A stretch of 64,000 nt of DNA from an uncultured bacterium (GCA_965372795.1 CBDVDR010000002.1:128001-192000); one strand, 5' to 3'; positions 36,205 to 47,847 are shown, numbered from the stretch's first letter. Program-made: numbers and translations. The notes: generated by a model not told the origin, from the letters alone.

Positions 36205-37323
36205 ATGGCGAAATACAAAATAGCATGGTTGCCCGGCGATGGCGTTGGTAATGATGTTATGGAAGCTGCCAAGATCGTACTCGATCGCTTCAGCTTTGAT
36301 GCTGAATATATCCATGGGGATATCGGCTGGGAATTTTGGAAAACCGAAGCTAATCCGCTGCCGGATAGAACCATTGATTTACTCAAGAACACCAATTGTG
36401 CTTTGTTTGGTGCAATTACCTCGCTTCCAAAAGAAGAAGCAGAGAACGAACTGATTCCAAGCCTTCGCGGTAAAGGGCATATTTATGCTTCACCGATTGT
36501 AAGGCTCCGTCAGGAATTTAATCTGCGTACGAATTTGAGACCTTGTAAAGCGTATCCGGGTAATCCCATCAATTATAAAGATGATATTGACATTGTTGTT
36601 TTCCGTGAAAACACCGAAGATTTATATGTCGGTATTGAATTTCATCCCCTGCCGGATGAAGTCAGGGCAGTGTTGAAAAGTAACCATAAGAAAATGGCTC
36701 GTTTTGACAGTACTCCCGGTGAAGATATTGCGGTATCACTAAGAATCAATACCCGCAACGGCTGTCGGAATATTATGACCGATGCCTTTGAATTTGCCAA
36801 AAAAACCGGTCGTAAATCGGTCGCAGTGGTTGAGAAACCGAACGTGATCAGAGAAACATCGGGTCTGATGATTCGCACCGCCCGAGAAGTTGCCAAGAAC
36901 TATCCGGGAATCGAACTTTGGGAAACCAATATCGATGCTATGTGTATGTGGCTGGTTAAGAATCCGAATGAATATTCGGTGCTGGCAACCACCAATATGT
37001 TTGGCGATATCGTTTCTGATCTTTGCGCTCAATTGGTCGGCGGATTAGGTTTTGCCGCATCCGGTAATATCGGTGACAATTATGCCGTCTTTGAGCCGAC
37101 TCATGGTTCGGCGCCGAAGTATGCCGGACAGTACAAAGTTAATCCGATGGCGATGCTTTTGACAACTAAGATGATGTTTGACTGGCTGGGTGAAACCGAA
37201 AAAGGTGAGACCCTTGAAAATGCCATTGCTGCTGTCATCAAAGAAGGTTCGGTCAGAACTTATGATATGGGTGGAAAAAACAGTACTCTTGAATTAGCGG
37301 AGGCTGTAGCCGCTAAGTTATAG
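36205..37323 (+). CDS. Isocitrate/isopropylmalate/homoisocitrate dehydrogenase family protein
   Basis: PGDGVG..V, LFGA, FRENTE..Y, K.NV, IDAMCM.LV..P, NMFGDI.SD, EP.HGSAP, NP.A, T.DMGG; substrate not assignable. Confidence 0.9.
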   Translation: MAKYKIAWLPGDGVGNDVMEAAKIVLDRFSFDAEYIHGDIGWEFWKTEANPLPDRTIDLLKNTNCALFGAITSLPKEEAENELIPSLRGKGHIYASPIVRLRQEFNLRTNLRPCKAYPGNPINYKDDIDIVVFRENTEDLYVGIEFHPLPDEVRAVLKSNHKKMARFDSTPGEDIAVSLRINTRNGCRNIMTDAFEFAKKTGRKSVAVVEKPNVIRETSGLMIRTAREVAKNYPGIELWETNIDAMCMWLVKNPNEYSVLATTNMFGDIVSDLCAQLVGGLGFAASGNIGDNYAVFEPTHGSAPKYAGQYKVNPMAMLLTTKMMFDWLGETEKGETLENAIAAVIKEGSVRTYDMGGKNSTLELAEAVAAKL

Positions 37324-37351
37324 TATTTAGAAATAATTCAGCTATTTATAT

Positions 37352-37387
37352 AAAAGGCAGTCCGCCCAGGCGGACTGCCTTTTTTTT
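37352..37387 (+). terminator. Intrinsic terminator
   Basis: AAAAGGCAGTCCGCC-CA-GGCGGACTGCCTTTTTTTT. Confidence 0.85.
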
Positions 37388-37407
37388 ATGTAAAATCCAA
37401 TTATAAC

Positions 37408-37434
37408 TTAATAGAACTCCAAATTTGTCGATAA
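37408..37434 (+). promoter_or_regulatory. Putative sigma28 promoter of MCP
   Basis: TTAA-N15-GTCGATAA. Confidence 0.55.
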
Positions 37435-37485
37435 CATTAACGATATTAAACAGTTTAAAATGCTCATACTTGGAGGCTAGATTAG

Positions 37486-39564
37486 GTGAAAAACCTTTCA
37501 ATAAAAAACAAAGTATTGATATTAGTTCTATTCGGATTAGTACTTGTCACCGGTACTACTTTTATTGTAAATAATAATATTCAATCTGAAACAATTTCAA
37601 CCATCTACAAAGACAATACTGATGCGCTCAATTGGTCACTTACAAACCAAATTGAAGAGTTGATGGTGTTTGGAGAAAATGAGAAACTTCAACCCTTAAC
37701 TGAAAATATCGTGAGTCAGGGGATATCAAACGAAGTTACAATAGTCGATGCAGATTTAAATATTGCCCGTTCATCAAATCCTGAGATCATTGGTGAAAAA
37801 TCTACAGATAAAATCTGGATACAACTTTTTGCCCAAGGCCGGGATGCTGTTTTTGAAGAAATAATTAATGATGAAGCCGTTCAGATTAGTTATAAAGTTT
37901 TTAAGAATGAGGGTGCATGCACAGAGTGTCATGATACAGATACTGAAAAAATTCTTGGTGGTTTGAAGATGGTAAAGTCCAAGCAATTTATTGCTGATGC
38001 AAATGATGAATCATTGGCGATGAATTTATTATTATTCGGGATTGGGTTAATTTTATTGATTGGCAGTATAAACTATATTTTAAAACGCCAGATTTTCACG
38101 CCATTAAATGCGGTTACTCTCAAACTTGAACGAGCCAGTGAAGGGGACATCGATCAGGTTATAAGAGCGAGATCAAATGATGAGATTGGTTTATTCCTCA
38201 CTAAAATTCAAGCTCTTATTGATTATATAAAAGTATTTGCTAATGCTTCTGAAAAAATTGCAAATCGTGATCTTCGGGTCGTTGTGGAACCAAAAAGTGA
38301 CAAAGACATATTGGGGAAATCATTCAAACAGATGGTTTCAAATCTCACTGAAATAATTCAACAATTGACAACTAATACGGCAGAGTTGATGCAAGTTTCC
38401 GGTAACATAGCCTTAACTTCTCAAAAAACTTCAAGTGGAACCGTTCAGCAGGCTGAGGAAGTTCGACAAATTGCATCAGCAGTGGAAGAGCTAAGTAAAA
38501 CTACTACTGAATCGAGTAAGAATGCTAATCAGGCAACTTCAATTGCCGGACAATCTTCGGAGACTGCAACTGCCGGAGGTAAAATTATTGATGAAACTAT
38601 AAGTAGTATGAAAGAGATTGTTGAAATCGTACGTAACTCATCAGAATCAATTGGGAAACTTGAGAGTTCGGCTAATAAAATTGGAGAGATCATCAATGTT
38701 ATCGATGATATCGCTGATCAAACTAATCTGTTAGCTCTAAATGCTGCTATTGAAGCTGCGCGAGCCGGAGAGCAGGGACGCGGTTTTGCAGTAGTAGCAG
38801 ACGAAGTACGGAAGCTGGCCGAGCGAACAGCTAAGGCTACCAGTGAAATTTCTGATATGATAAAGGGTATCCAAGTCGAAACGAATGCTGCGGTATCGTC
38901 GATGGGTTCCGGTTTAGAAGCGGTAGGAAAAGGACAGGAGCAAGTAGATCAAGCGGGTCAAAGTCTGGTACAGATAGTAAGTATGTCAGAACAGGTGATG
39001 AGTGTTATAAATTCTATTGCCAACTCTACTGATGAACAGAATATAGTAACGGATGAAATTGCAAAAAATATGGATCATATCACCGCTGTAGCTATACATA
39101 CTGAAAAAGGTGCCCATGAAGCATCGGCAGCAGCAGAAGAATTAAGTCGTCAGGCTGAAAGTATGAGACTAATGGTTTCAAAGTTTAAGCTGGAAGACAA
39201 TCATACCGGAATGTTTTCTATAGCAAAAAGTGACCATAAGCTTTATATGGAAAAACTGAATGCAATTGTTGAAGGCATTTTGAAAGTTGAAGATTGGAAG
39301 GCTGTCGATCATCACAATTGTCGGTTTGGGAAATGGTATGATACGGTAGAAAACACATCGTTTTGTAATTTGAAAGAATTTAAAGAGCTAAAAAGTGTCC
39401 ATAAAGATGTTCATCTTTTTGCCAATCGAGCGATTGAGGCTTTAAAAGCAAATAATGAAAAAAATGTACAAGTAGAATTTGACAAGGCTATTGAAGCTTC
39501 GCAGGGTGTCATTAACTACTGTGATTCATTGGTGAATATTATTTCAAAAGGTATTAATGTATAA
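37486..39564 (+). CDS. Methyl-accepting chemotaxis protein with periplasmic heme-c (CxxCH) sensor, HAMP domains and C-terminal CZB domain
   Basis: TM-periplasmic domain with [50 protein letters not shown] motifs [18 protein letters not shown]. Confidence 0.92.
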   Translation: MKNLSIKNKVLILVLFGLVLVTGTTFIVNNNIQSETISTIYKDNTDALNWSLTNQIEELMVFGENEKLQPLTENIVSQGISNEVTIVDADLNIARSSNPEIIGEKSTDKIWIQLFAQGRDAVFEEIINDEAVQISYKVFKNEGACTECHDTDTEKILGGLKMVKSKQFIADANDESLAMNLLLFGIGLILLIGSINYILKRQIFTPLNAVTLKLERASEGDIDQVIRARSNDEIGLFLTKIQALIDYIKVFANASEKIANRDLRVVVEPKSDKDILGKSFKQMVSNLTEIIQQLTTNTAELMQVSGNIALTSQKTSSGTVQQAEEVRQIASAVEELSKTTTESSKNANQATSIAGQSSETATAGGKIIDETISSMKEIVEIVRNSSESIGKLESSANKIGEIINVIDDIADQTNLLALNAAIEAARAGEQGRGFAVVADEVRKLAERTAKATSEISDMIKGIQVETNAAVSSMGSGLEAVGKGQEQVDQAGQSLVQIVSMSEQVMSVINSIANSTDEQNIVTDEIAKNMDHITAVAIHTEKGAHEASAAAEELSRQAESMRLMVSKFKLEDNHTGMFSIAKSDHKLYMEKLNAIVEGILKVEDWKAVDHHNCRFGKWYDTVENTSFCNLKEFKELKSVHKDVHLFANRAIEALKANNEKNVQVEFDKAIEASQGVINYCDSLVNIISKGINV

Positions 39565-39598
39565 AGACAATTTTTACTGCTGTTAACTGTCTTTAAGC

Positions 39599-39630
39599 AA
39601 AAAGGTCAGCGTTTAGACTCGCTGACCTTT
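39599..39630. terminator. Bidirectional intrinsic terminator
   Basis: AAAGGTCAGCG-loop-CGCTGACCTTT between convergent genes. Confidence 0.75.
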
Positions 39631-40231
39631 ATTTTTTGGCATTAATCCGGTCGATGATGACATCACGGATTTTTTGAAGGGCTAAACCCCGATGAGAGAT
39701 TCGGTTCTTTTCCTCAATCGTCATTTCTGAAAATCGTTTGTCAGAAGGTGGATGATAGAATACCGGGTCGTATCCAAATCCTTCGGTTCCTAAAATATTC
39801 TCAGAAATAATTCCCTCAACTTCACCGGCAACAGTATCAAATTCGCCGTTGTGCCAGTCGATAGTCATGACACACCGGAAACGGGCGGTACGTTGTTCTT
39901 GCGGGACGTTTTGAAGCTCGCTGATAAGCTTTTTATTGTTGTCGCTATAGCTGACATCATCGCCGGCATAACGGGAGGAGTAGACGCCCGGGGCGCCGTC
40001 AAGAGCATCAACCTCAAGTCCGCTGTCATCGGCAAGAGCGGGTAGGTCGCAATAATTGGCAATGCCGGTGGCTTTGAGTTTGGCGTTTTCTTCGAGGGTG
40101 GAGCCGGTTTCTTCGATGTCTGGGAATTCGAGGAAATCATCACGGGTTAAGATGGTGACGGGTAGATCGTCAAGGAGATGTTTGATCTCTTTGATTTTGT
40201 CTCTGTTATTAGTGGCGAGGATTAGCTGCAT
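39629..40231 (-). CDS. rdgB: dITP/XTP pyrophosphatase
   Basis: LATNN..K..E, EETG.T.EENA..KA, ADDSGL.VDAL.GAPGVYS.RY, GFGYDP.F, SHRG. Confidence 0.96.
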   Translation of the reverse strand: MQLILATNNRDKIKEIKHLLDDLPVTILTRDDFLEFPDIEETGSTLEENAKLKATGIANYCDLPALADDSGLEVDALDGAPGVYSSRYAGDDVSYSDNNKKLISELQNVPQEQRTARFRCVMTIDWHNGEFDTVAGEVEGIISENILGTEGFGYDPVFYHPPSDKRFSEMTIEEKNRISHRGLALQKIRDVIIDRINAKK

Positions 40232-40255
40232 ATTTATTCTAAATTAATATATTTT

Positions 40256-41080
40256 TCAATATTTACTTATGTCGATGCGGGTGATGTTTTCAATCGTCTG
40301 TCCCAAAAAACGGGAAGCAACTTTTGAGAATTTTTCAGGAACATCACTGACATAAAATTTGTGATCGCCGAGATTCAACGTATTCGAACTGGTTTCAGGA
40401 TTCAATAAGTTCGCCTCAGTCAGTTTTTGAACGGCTTCTTTGGCGGTTTCAACACCGCTGTCAATCAAAGTAACAGCGTCACCCATAATGTCATGAATAA
40501 TATGTTTGAGAAGCGGGTAATGGGTGCAGCCTAAAACAAGGGTGTCAATGCCAACATCAATCATAGTTTGCAGATAATCACGGGCAATCAGAAAGGTAGC
40601 ATCTTTGTCGATGTAGCCTTCTTCGGCAAGAGGAACAAAGAGCGGGCAAGCGAGGGAGAAAACTTTCAGGTCCGGGTTGATTGAATGGATAACTTTGGCA
40701 TAGGCGTTTGATCCGATAGTGGCGGTGGTTCCGATAATCCCGATTTTTCCATTTTTGGTTTTTTGAACGGCAGCATAAGCACCGGGTTCGATCACCCCGA
40801 TCATTTGCAGGTTGAATTCTTTTTTCATTTCTTCCAGAGCCACAGCCGAGGCGGTATTGCATCCGCAAATAATAAATTTGACCTGATGTTCGTTGAGGAA
40901 ATTTATATCCTGACGGGTAAATTCGGTTACAATTTCTTTTGAGCGTCCGCCGTAGGGGGTTCTGCCCGAATCGCCAAAATAGACAATGTTTTCACCGGGC
41001 AGGATTTTGAAAACCTCACGGGCAACGGTCAGTCCGCCGACTCCGGAATCAAAAATCCCTATTGAAGAATTGTTATTCAT
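40256..41080 (-). CDS. murI: Glutamate racemase
   Basis: IGIFDSGVGGLTV, PYG, CNTASA, LGCTHYP. Confidence 0.97.
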   Translation of the reverse strand: MNNNSSIGIFDSGVGGLTVAREVFKILPGENIVYFGDSGRTPYGGRSKEIVTEFTRQDINFLNEHQVKFIICGCNTASAVALEEMKKEFNLQMIGVIEPGAYAAVQKTKNGKIGIIGTTATIGSNAYAKVIHSINPDLKVFSLACPLFVPLAEEGYIDKDATFLIARDYLQTMIDVGIDTLVLGCTHYPLLKHIIHDIMGDAVTLIDSGVETAKEAVQKLTEANLLNPETSSNTLNLGDHKFYVSDVPEKFSKVASRFLGQTIENITRIDISKY

Positions 41081-41095
41081 ATCAATCCGCTTTCT

Positions 41096-42589
41096 TTAGC
41101 TACTTTCATATTTGGCTTTAAATCTTTTAATCGCCTCATAAACAGCTTTGGCAACTTTCTTTTGATATTTTTTTGATTTCAAAAGTTTTTCTTCATTTTT
41201 ATTGGAAATAAATCCGCTTTCAACTAATACGGAGGGAGTGAAAACTTTGTTGAGCACAAAAAAGCCTGCCTGATCAACCCCGCGGGCAGGGATTTTCAAT
41301 CTTTTTCTAAATTCTTTATCCATAATCATAGCCAGGTCGTGGGATTCCATTTGGAATTCGGTGATGAGCATTTCATTTAAGATTGATAAAATCGGGTCGT
41401 ATGGTTCGTCATCTTCGAGGTCTTCATAATACTGTTCTCGTAAGAAAGCGCTGTTCTCAAGTTGTGCCACCGAGCGGGCCGAATCATTTTTTGCGGGGGC
41501 GAGGAAGAAGACGTTCCATCCGCGGACATTCTTTTTGGGTGATGAATTAGCATGGATAGAGATAAACAGATCAGCGGATGCCTCATTGGCAATTTTTGCC
41601 CGCCTTTCCAGGGAGACAGTCTTGTCGCGGTCACGGGTCATTATTACTTTAAACTGTTTGTCTTTACGGATAAGTTTTGCGAGTTCTTTGCTGATGTTTA
41701 GGGCGATATCTTTTTCGCGGGTACCTTTTTGTCCGATAGCACCGTAATCGTTGCCGCCGTGTCCGGGGTCGATGACGATTACGTTGATATTATTGTCGGG
41801 TCCGATGGTGGGGTTGGTGTCTGTTGGTTCAATCGCAAAATTAAGGTCATTGAATGAGAGCTGAATCCGGGGCGGGTCGTTTTCAAATTTGTGATGCCAT
41901 TCGTTTATGTTTCTTTTCAATCGGAAAGATAGCTGTCCGGATTCCATCGCCTGATGAGTTTTGAGTTTGTACATGAATCTCGAATCTTTGCGGGAGTTCA
42001 GCTTGGGGATGTTGAGTTTGCCATCTCTGACTACGACGTTGACCCAGTTGCCCTCGGAGATATAGACTTCATAATTTAAGGAACTGGTCAGGAAAATTTC
42101 AACTAAGAGACCGTTGGCTTTTCTTGAAACGGTTAAGTCGGTGACATTGAAATATTCGGAGTCGATGCGGATATTATTATTGGATTCGCTGTAAATTATT
42201 TTTTGGGGAAGAATCCGGTCGAGGTGTTTTATAAATGTTTTGGGTGTGATAAAAAATTGTCCATCTTTCAGGATGGTCGGGTAGACCAGATTATAAGCGG
42301 TATCGTTGAGCAGGAAAAAGGGAGAGTTGACGTTGAATATAAAATGGTTTTTCCCTTCATCATAAGTGATTTGATGGCCGACGATTTTCCAGTCGAGATA
42401 TCCGCCCATAATTTCAACCAGTTCGGAAAGAGAGATGTATTGAATATCCTTAACTTTGAAAGAATTGATTTTTTCTTCAGAGCCTGAAAAAGCAACCTCA
42501 AATGAATTAGCACTGGGAGGGGAGAATATGGATTGGCTTACTATTATCATTAGAATAATAGTAAAAATATTTAGTTTAATTTTTGTCAT
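41096..42589 (-). CDS. N-acetylmuramoyl-L-alanine amidase (Amidase_3, AmiA/AmiC-like)
   Basis: Signal peptide; IDPGHGG.D.GA, EKDI.L, TR..D..VSL..R, FISIHAN, ENS, VLVE.GF.SN. Confidence 0.92.
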   Translation of the reverse strand: MTKIKLNIFTIILMIIVSQSIFSPPSANSFEVAFSGSEEKINSFKVKDIQYISLSELVEIMGGYLDWKIVGHQITYDEGKNHFIFNVNSPFFLLNDTAYNLVYPTILKDGQFFITPKTFIKHLDRILPQKIIYSESNNNIRIDSEYFNVTDLTVSRKANGLLVEIFLTSSLNYEVYISEGNWVNVVVRDGKLNIPKLNSRKDSRFMYKLKTHQAMESGQLSFRLKRNINEWHHKFENDPPRIQLSFNDLNFAIEPTDTNPTIGPDNNINVIVIDPGHGGNDYGAIGQKGTREKDIALNISKELAKLIRKDKQFKVIMTRDRDKTVSLERRAKIANEASADLFISIHANSSPKKNVRGWNVFFLAPAKNDSARSVAQLENSAFLREQYYEDLEDDEPYDPILSILNEMLITEFQMESHDLAMIMDKEFRKRLKIPARGVDQAGFFVLNKVFTPSVLVESGFISNKNEEKLLKSKKYQKKVAKAVYEAIKRFKAKYESS

Positions 42590-43050
42590 TAATAATCTCT
42601 GTCAGTTGCCTGTTTAATTTTCCTTTTAGCATCAGCATCTGCTATTGCTTGTCTCTTATCATATTTTTTACGTCCAATAGCTAATCCGAGTTCGATTTTA
42701 ACCAAATTTCTTGAAAAATAAAGCCCCAAGGGGATTAAAGTCATCCCTTTTTGCTCAATTTGAGCCTTTACTTTTCTGATTTCTCTTTTATTCAGCAGTA
42801 ATCTTCTTTGTCTCAGTGGATCATAATTATCCGAAGCCATTTTATAGGGGGAGATATGGAGGTTTTTGAGTATAACCTCACCGTTAACTATTATAGCGTA
42901 AGCATCAGCGATGTTTATCTTGCCGTCCCGTATAGACTTAACTTCCGGTCCTCTCAGCTCGATACCGGCTTCAAAAGTATCTTTAATTTCATAGTCAAAA
43001 CGGGCTTTCCTGTTTTTAACTATATATTTAATTTTTGGACTATCACTCAT
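42589..43050 (-). CDS. smpB: SsrA-binding protein
   Basis: NRKARFDY.I...EAGIEL.G.EVKSIR, R.R.LLL.K.EI, G.K.YDKR; likely start ATG 43050. Confidence 0.96.
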   Translation of the reverse strand: MSDSPKIKYIVKNRKARFDYEIKDTFEAGIELRGPEVKSIRDGKINIADAYAIIVNGEVILKNLHISPYKMASDNYDPLRQRRLLLNKREIRKVKAQIEQKGMTLIPLGLYFSRNLVKIELGLAIGRKKYDKRQAIADADAKRKIKQATDRDY

Positions 43051-43138
43051 AGGATAGAAAATATAGATTTTCAGGCGTAAAATCAATATTCAACTTTACG
43101 GTTGTCAGGTAAGTTAATAAGAATATACAGATTCTTTA

Positions 43139-43165
43139 TAAACAATTAACTTGTTTAGTCGATAA
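43139..43165 (+). promoter_or_regulatory. Sigma28 promoter of response-regulator pair
   Basis: TAAA-N15-GTCGATAA. Confidence 0.65.
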
Positions 43166-43211
43166 ATAAATTAGACTCTTATAAGAAGAAGTCTATTACC
43201 AATGGGGTATA

Positions 43212-43619
43212 ATGGAAACAATATCTGAGAAAAAAGGTAGAATTTTAGTAGTAGATGATGATAGCACGATATCTTTAATAGTAACAAAAATATTGAAGAA
43301 AGAAGGTTACCAGGTTTTTACTGCAAACAATGGCCGAATTGGAATTGAGGAAGCCCTTTCTATTCAACCTGATTTGATTTTGATGGATATTAGGATGCCT
43401 GAAATGGATGGATATGAAGCGACCGACTTGATAAAAAGAATTCCACAATTGACCGAGGTTCCGGTAGTTTTTCTTACCGGCGTGGCTCCTTATGCAGATG
43501 CCGGGAAGGCTTTTAGAAAAGGCGGCGTTTCTTATATCTGTAAACCATTTACAAATGTTCAACTTCTTGAAGTAGTTAATCTGGCAATGATGTCAACTGA
43601 ACATACAAATAGAGATTAG
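43212..43619 (+). CDS. Single-domain (CheY-like) response regulator
   Basis: ILVVDDD, PDLILMDIRMPEMDG, FLT, KPF. Confidence 0.9.
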   Translation: METISEKKGRILVVDDDSTISLIVTKILKKEGYQVFTANNGRIGIEEALSIQPDLILMDIRMPEMDGYEATDLIKRIPQLTEVPVVFLTGVAPYADAGKAFRKGGVSYICKPFTNVQLLEVVNLAMMSTEHTNRD

Positions 43620-43633
43620 AAGAAGAGTATTCA

Positions 43634-44038
43634 ATGTCATATAAAATTAGAACTGTGGCTGCCAAAGTATTGGTCATCGATGATGAGCCGGAAATAACTG
43701 AAATTATAGATACCTTTCTGACTGAGTTTGGATTTTCAGTCAGAACTTTGAATTCATCCGACCAGACGCTTGAAGTAGCCCGTGAATTTAAGCCTGAACT
43801 TATTCTTCTGGACATTATGATGCCGGGTATGGACGGCTATGATGTTTGTGCGGAATTGAAAAAGGATGAAGAATTTGCAACTACTCCGGTAATTTTTCTG
43901 ACCGGTAAAGATAGAAACGATGATATGGGTCGTTCATTTAAGTCCGGCGGCGATATGTTTATCAAAAAGCCGTTTTCCTGTGAAAGACTATTGGAAATTA
44001 TAAATATCGTCCTAATGTCGACCGGAAAATTAGGTTAA
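43634..44038 (+). CDS. Single-domain (CheY-like) response regulator
   Basis: VLVIDDE, ILLDIMMPGMDG, FLTG, KKPF. Confidence 0.9.
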   Translation: MSYKIRTVAAKVLVIDDEPEITEIIDTFLTEFGFSVRTLNSSDQTLEVAREFKPELILLDIMMPGMDGYDVCAELKKDEEFATTPVIFLTGKDRNDDMGRSFKSGGDMFIKKPFSCERLLEIINIVLMSTGKLG

Positions 44039-44066
44039 AAAAAAGAGGGGGAACCCCCTTTTTTTT
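44037..44066 (+). terminator. Intrinsic terminator
   Basis: AGGGGG-AA-CCCCCT flanked by A and T runs. Confidence 0.7.
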
Positions 44067-44067
44067 A

Positions 44068-44096
44068 TTGACAAATATGGTGCAGTGCACCATATT
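44068..44096 (+). promoter_or_regulatory. Sigma70 promoter with perfect palindromic operator (PhaR-box-like)
   Basis: TTGACA-N17-CATATT; AATATGGTGCA-G-TGCACCATATT (44074-44096) fills the spacer and -10. Confidence 0.75.
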
Positions 44097-44102
44097 GTAG
44101 AT

Positions 44103-44693
44103 ATGAAAGTAATTAAGAGGTACAAGAACAGACGGCTATATGATTCTGATTTGAGCCGGGTTATAACCCATGCCGATTTAGCCGATTTGATCAAGAAGAA
44201 TATCGAGTTCAAAATTGTTGATACATCCACAAATGAAGATATCACTCTTTCAGTTTTAGGGAGAGTCATGGTTTCAGAGGCGAAGTCCTGGGATGATATC
44301 AAGCAATCAAAAGAACTTTTTAACCAAATAATATCATTAGGAGGTGATAAATCTATGTCTATTCTAAAAAACACCATATTAGCTTCAATTGGAGCTTTTC
44401 AGGTAACTAAAGCTAAAGCTGAGAAGGTCATTGATGATTTAATCAAAAAGGGCGATCTTGATAAATCTGACCGCAAAAAAGCAATAATGGAATTACTTGC
44501 CAAGGCTGAGAAATCAACGGCAGGTTTCCGTGAGAAGGTCAGCAAAGAGGCAAGCAAAGCTCAAAAAGACATAAAGAGTGTTATCAAGGAATATAAATTT
44601 GCCAAACAGGCAGATTTGAAGAAGCTTGAAACGAAGCTTAATAAAATAGGTAAAGCTTTATCAGGCATTGAGAAAAAGATCGACTCATTATAA
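44103..44693 (+). CDS. PhaR-type PHA regulator DNA-binding domain fused to a phasin (PhaF/PhaI-like) domain
   Basis: IKRYKNRRLYD...I...DL..LI....F.IVD..T.EDIT..VL (PhaR N-domain); C-half LASIGA...TK.KAEK.ID.LIKKG; start ATG 44103; internal AGGAGGT + in-frame ATG 44355. Confidence 0.8.
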   Translation: MKVIKRYKNRRLYDSDLSRVITHADLADLIKKNIEFKIVDTSTNEDITLSVLGRVMVSEAKSWDDIKQSKELFNQIISLGGDKSMSILKNTILASIGAFQVTKAKAEKVIDDLIKKGDLDKSDRKKAIMELLAKAEKSTAGFREKVSKEASKAQKDIKSVIKEYKFAKQADLKKLETKLNKIGKALSGIEKKIDSL

Positions 44694-44723
44694 AAGAGAA
44701 ACGGGGTAACCCCGTTTCTTTTT
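44693..44723. terminator. Bidirectional intrinsic terminator
   Basis: AGAAACGGGG-TAA-CCCCGTTTCT flanked by A/T runs. Confidence 0.8.
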
Positions 44724-45678
44724 ATGTATTAAGAGCGATATTTAATTCTTCGAGAAAAACGTTCGGTTCAACGCCATGCATCCGACAGGCAAGATCGACA
44801 GATTCATAAGATTGTCCGGGACAATCAAAGCATCCGTCCCCAAAATATTTTGAAAAGACATCTTTTGATTTTGGGTATTTTGCGATAACATCACCAATCA
44901 GAATATTGGCTGTTATTGTAATAGAATCGGCAGAACTCTCACTGGTTGAGTTTGAACCATCTAAGCAGGCTTTGACTTTACTTATAATTGTATCCAGCTT
45001 AAGCCCGTGATTTGCGGCTGCCATGCCAAGGGTAACGCCAACCATCCGAACTTTATCAATGTGTCCGGGGCTGCCGAGGGTTTTGAGACCTTCGTTGACG
45101 AGGACGTTTAAAACTTCAGGGTTCCTATCATATAGTTCGGCAATTTTTGAATCAGCGGTAATTTCAGAATTTTCGGGTTGAGCTTTTGCCTGGGGTGCCG
45201 GTGCCGGTTTAGCTGCTGTTTGAGCGGATGCGATTGGTTTGCTTTCGGCTTGGATCGGGTTAACCGGTTCTTTGGGTGATAATGAAAGCCAGATGTTGAT
45301 AATAAACATGGTGATAGTAATAACCTGAATGGATGCCGAAATTATAAACAAGATTTCAAAGATGTCTTCTCCGGTTTCAACTGCCAGACCCCGGAAGGCA
45401 ACCATTCCGAGAATGCTGATATTTGCCAGCCAAAAATGAATTGCAACCCAGCCCGGGAATCTTAAGTCTGATCCGTTAAAGCGGGGAAGAATAAAATAGC
45501 CAATGCCAAAAACCATCATTGACATGAAGCCTAACAGGTTGAAGTGAGTGTGAGCAAAAGCACCCCAATAACCGATATCGGTCATGCCGTTGAGCACTCC
45601 AAAAAGGGCTGCTAAACCAAGATATACCAGCGAAGCATAAACAAACCGTTTCATATATAGACTCATAAGTTCCTCCAA
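44722..45678 (-). CDS. Membrane protein (4-TM, H.H..LLG.F) fused to two DUF1858/ScdA-N-like domains
   Basis: AHTHFNLLGF..M..FG..Y..LPRF; Pro/Ala linker; two IT..S/I.I.E/D....P....V..........TL..A...HG units, the second with CFDCP. Confidence 0.7.
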   Translation of the reverse strand: MEELMSLYMKRFVYASLVYLGLAALFGVLNGMTDIGYWGAFAHTHFNLLGFMSMMVFGIGYFILPRFNGSDLRFPGWVAIHFWLANISILGMVAFRGLAVETGEDIFEILFIISASIQVITITMFIINIWLSLSPKEPVNPIQAESKPIASAQTAAKPAPAPQAKAQPENSEITADSKIAELYDRNPEVLNVLVNEGLKTLGSPGHIDKVRMVGVTLGMAAANHGLKLDTIISKVKACLDGSNSTSESSADSITITANILIGDVIAKYPKSKDVFSKYFGDGCFDCPGQSYESVDLACRMHGVEPNVFLEELNIALNT

Positions 45679-45731
45679 TAATTTTTAATTACAGCCCAAG
45701 TATCGGGAGATTGATGATCAGAGTCTTTGAT

Positions 45732-47762
<2,031 letters not shown>

Positions 47763-47799
47763 TCAGTTATAAAGTGTCAATCATAATAATTGCGGGCAT

Positions 47800-47832
47800 A
47801 AAAAAACCCGCTGAATAAACAGCGGGTTTTTT
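47800..47832 (-). terminator. Intrinsic terminator
   Basis: AAAAAAACCCGCTG-AATAAA-CAGCGGGTTTTTT. Confidence 0.8.
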
Positions 47833-47847
47833 ATAAATCATAGTAAT

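Noticed and set aside
42589..43211. tmRNA gene near smpB
   Set aside because: No GGGG 5' end or T-arm/CCA 3' end recognisable; the intergenic space is too short
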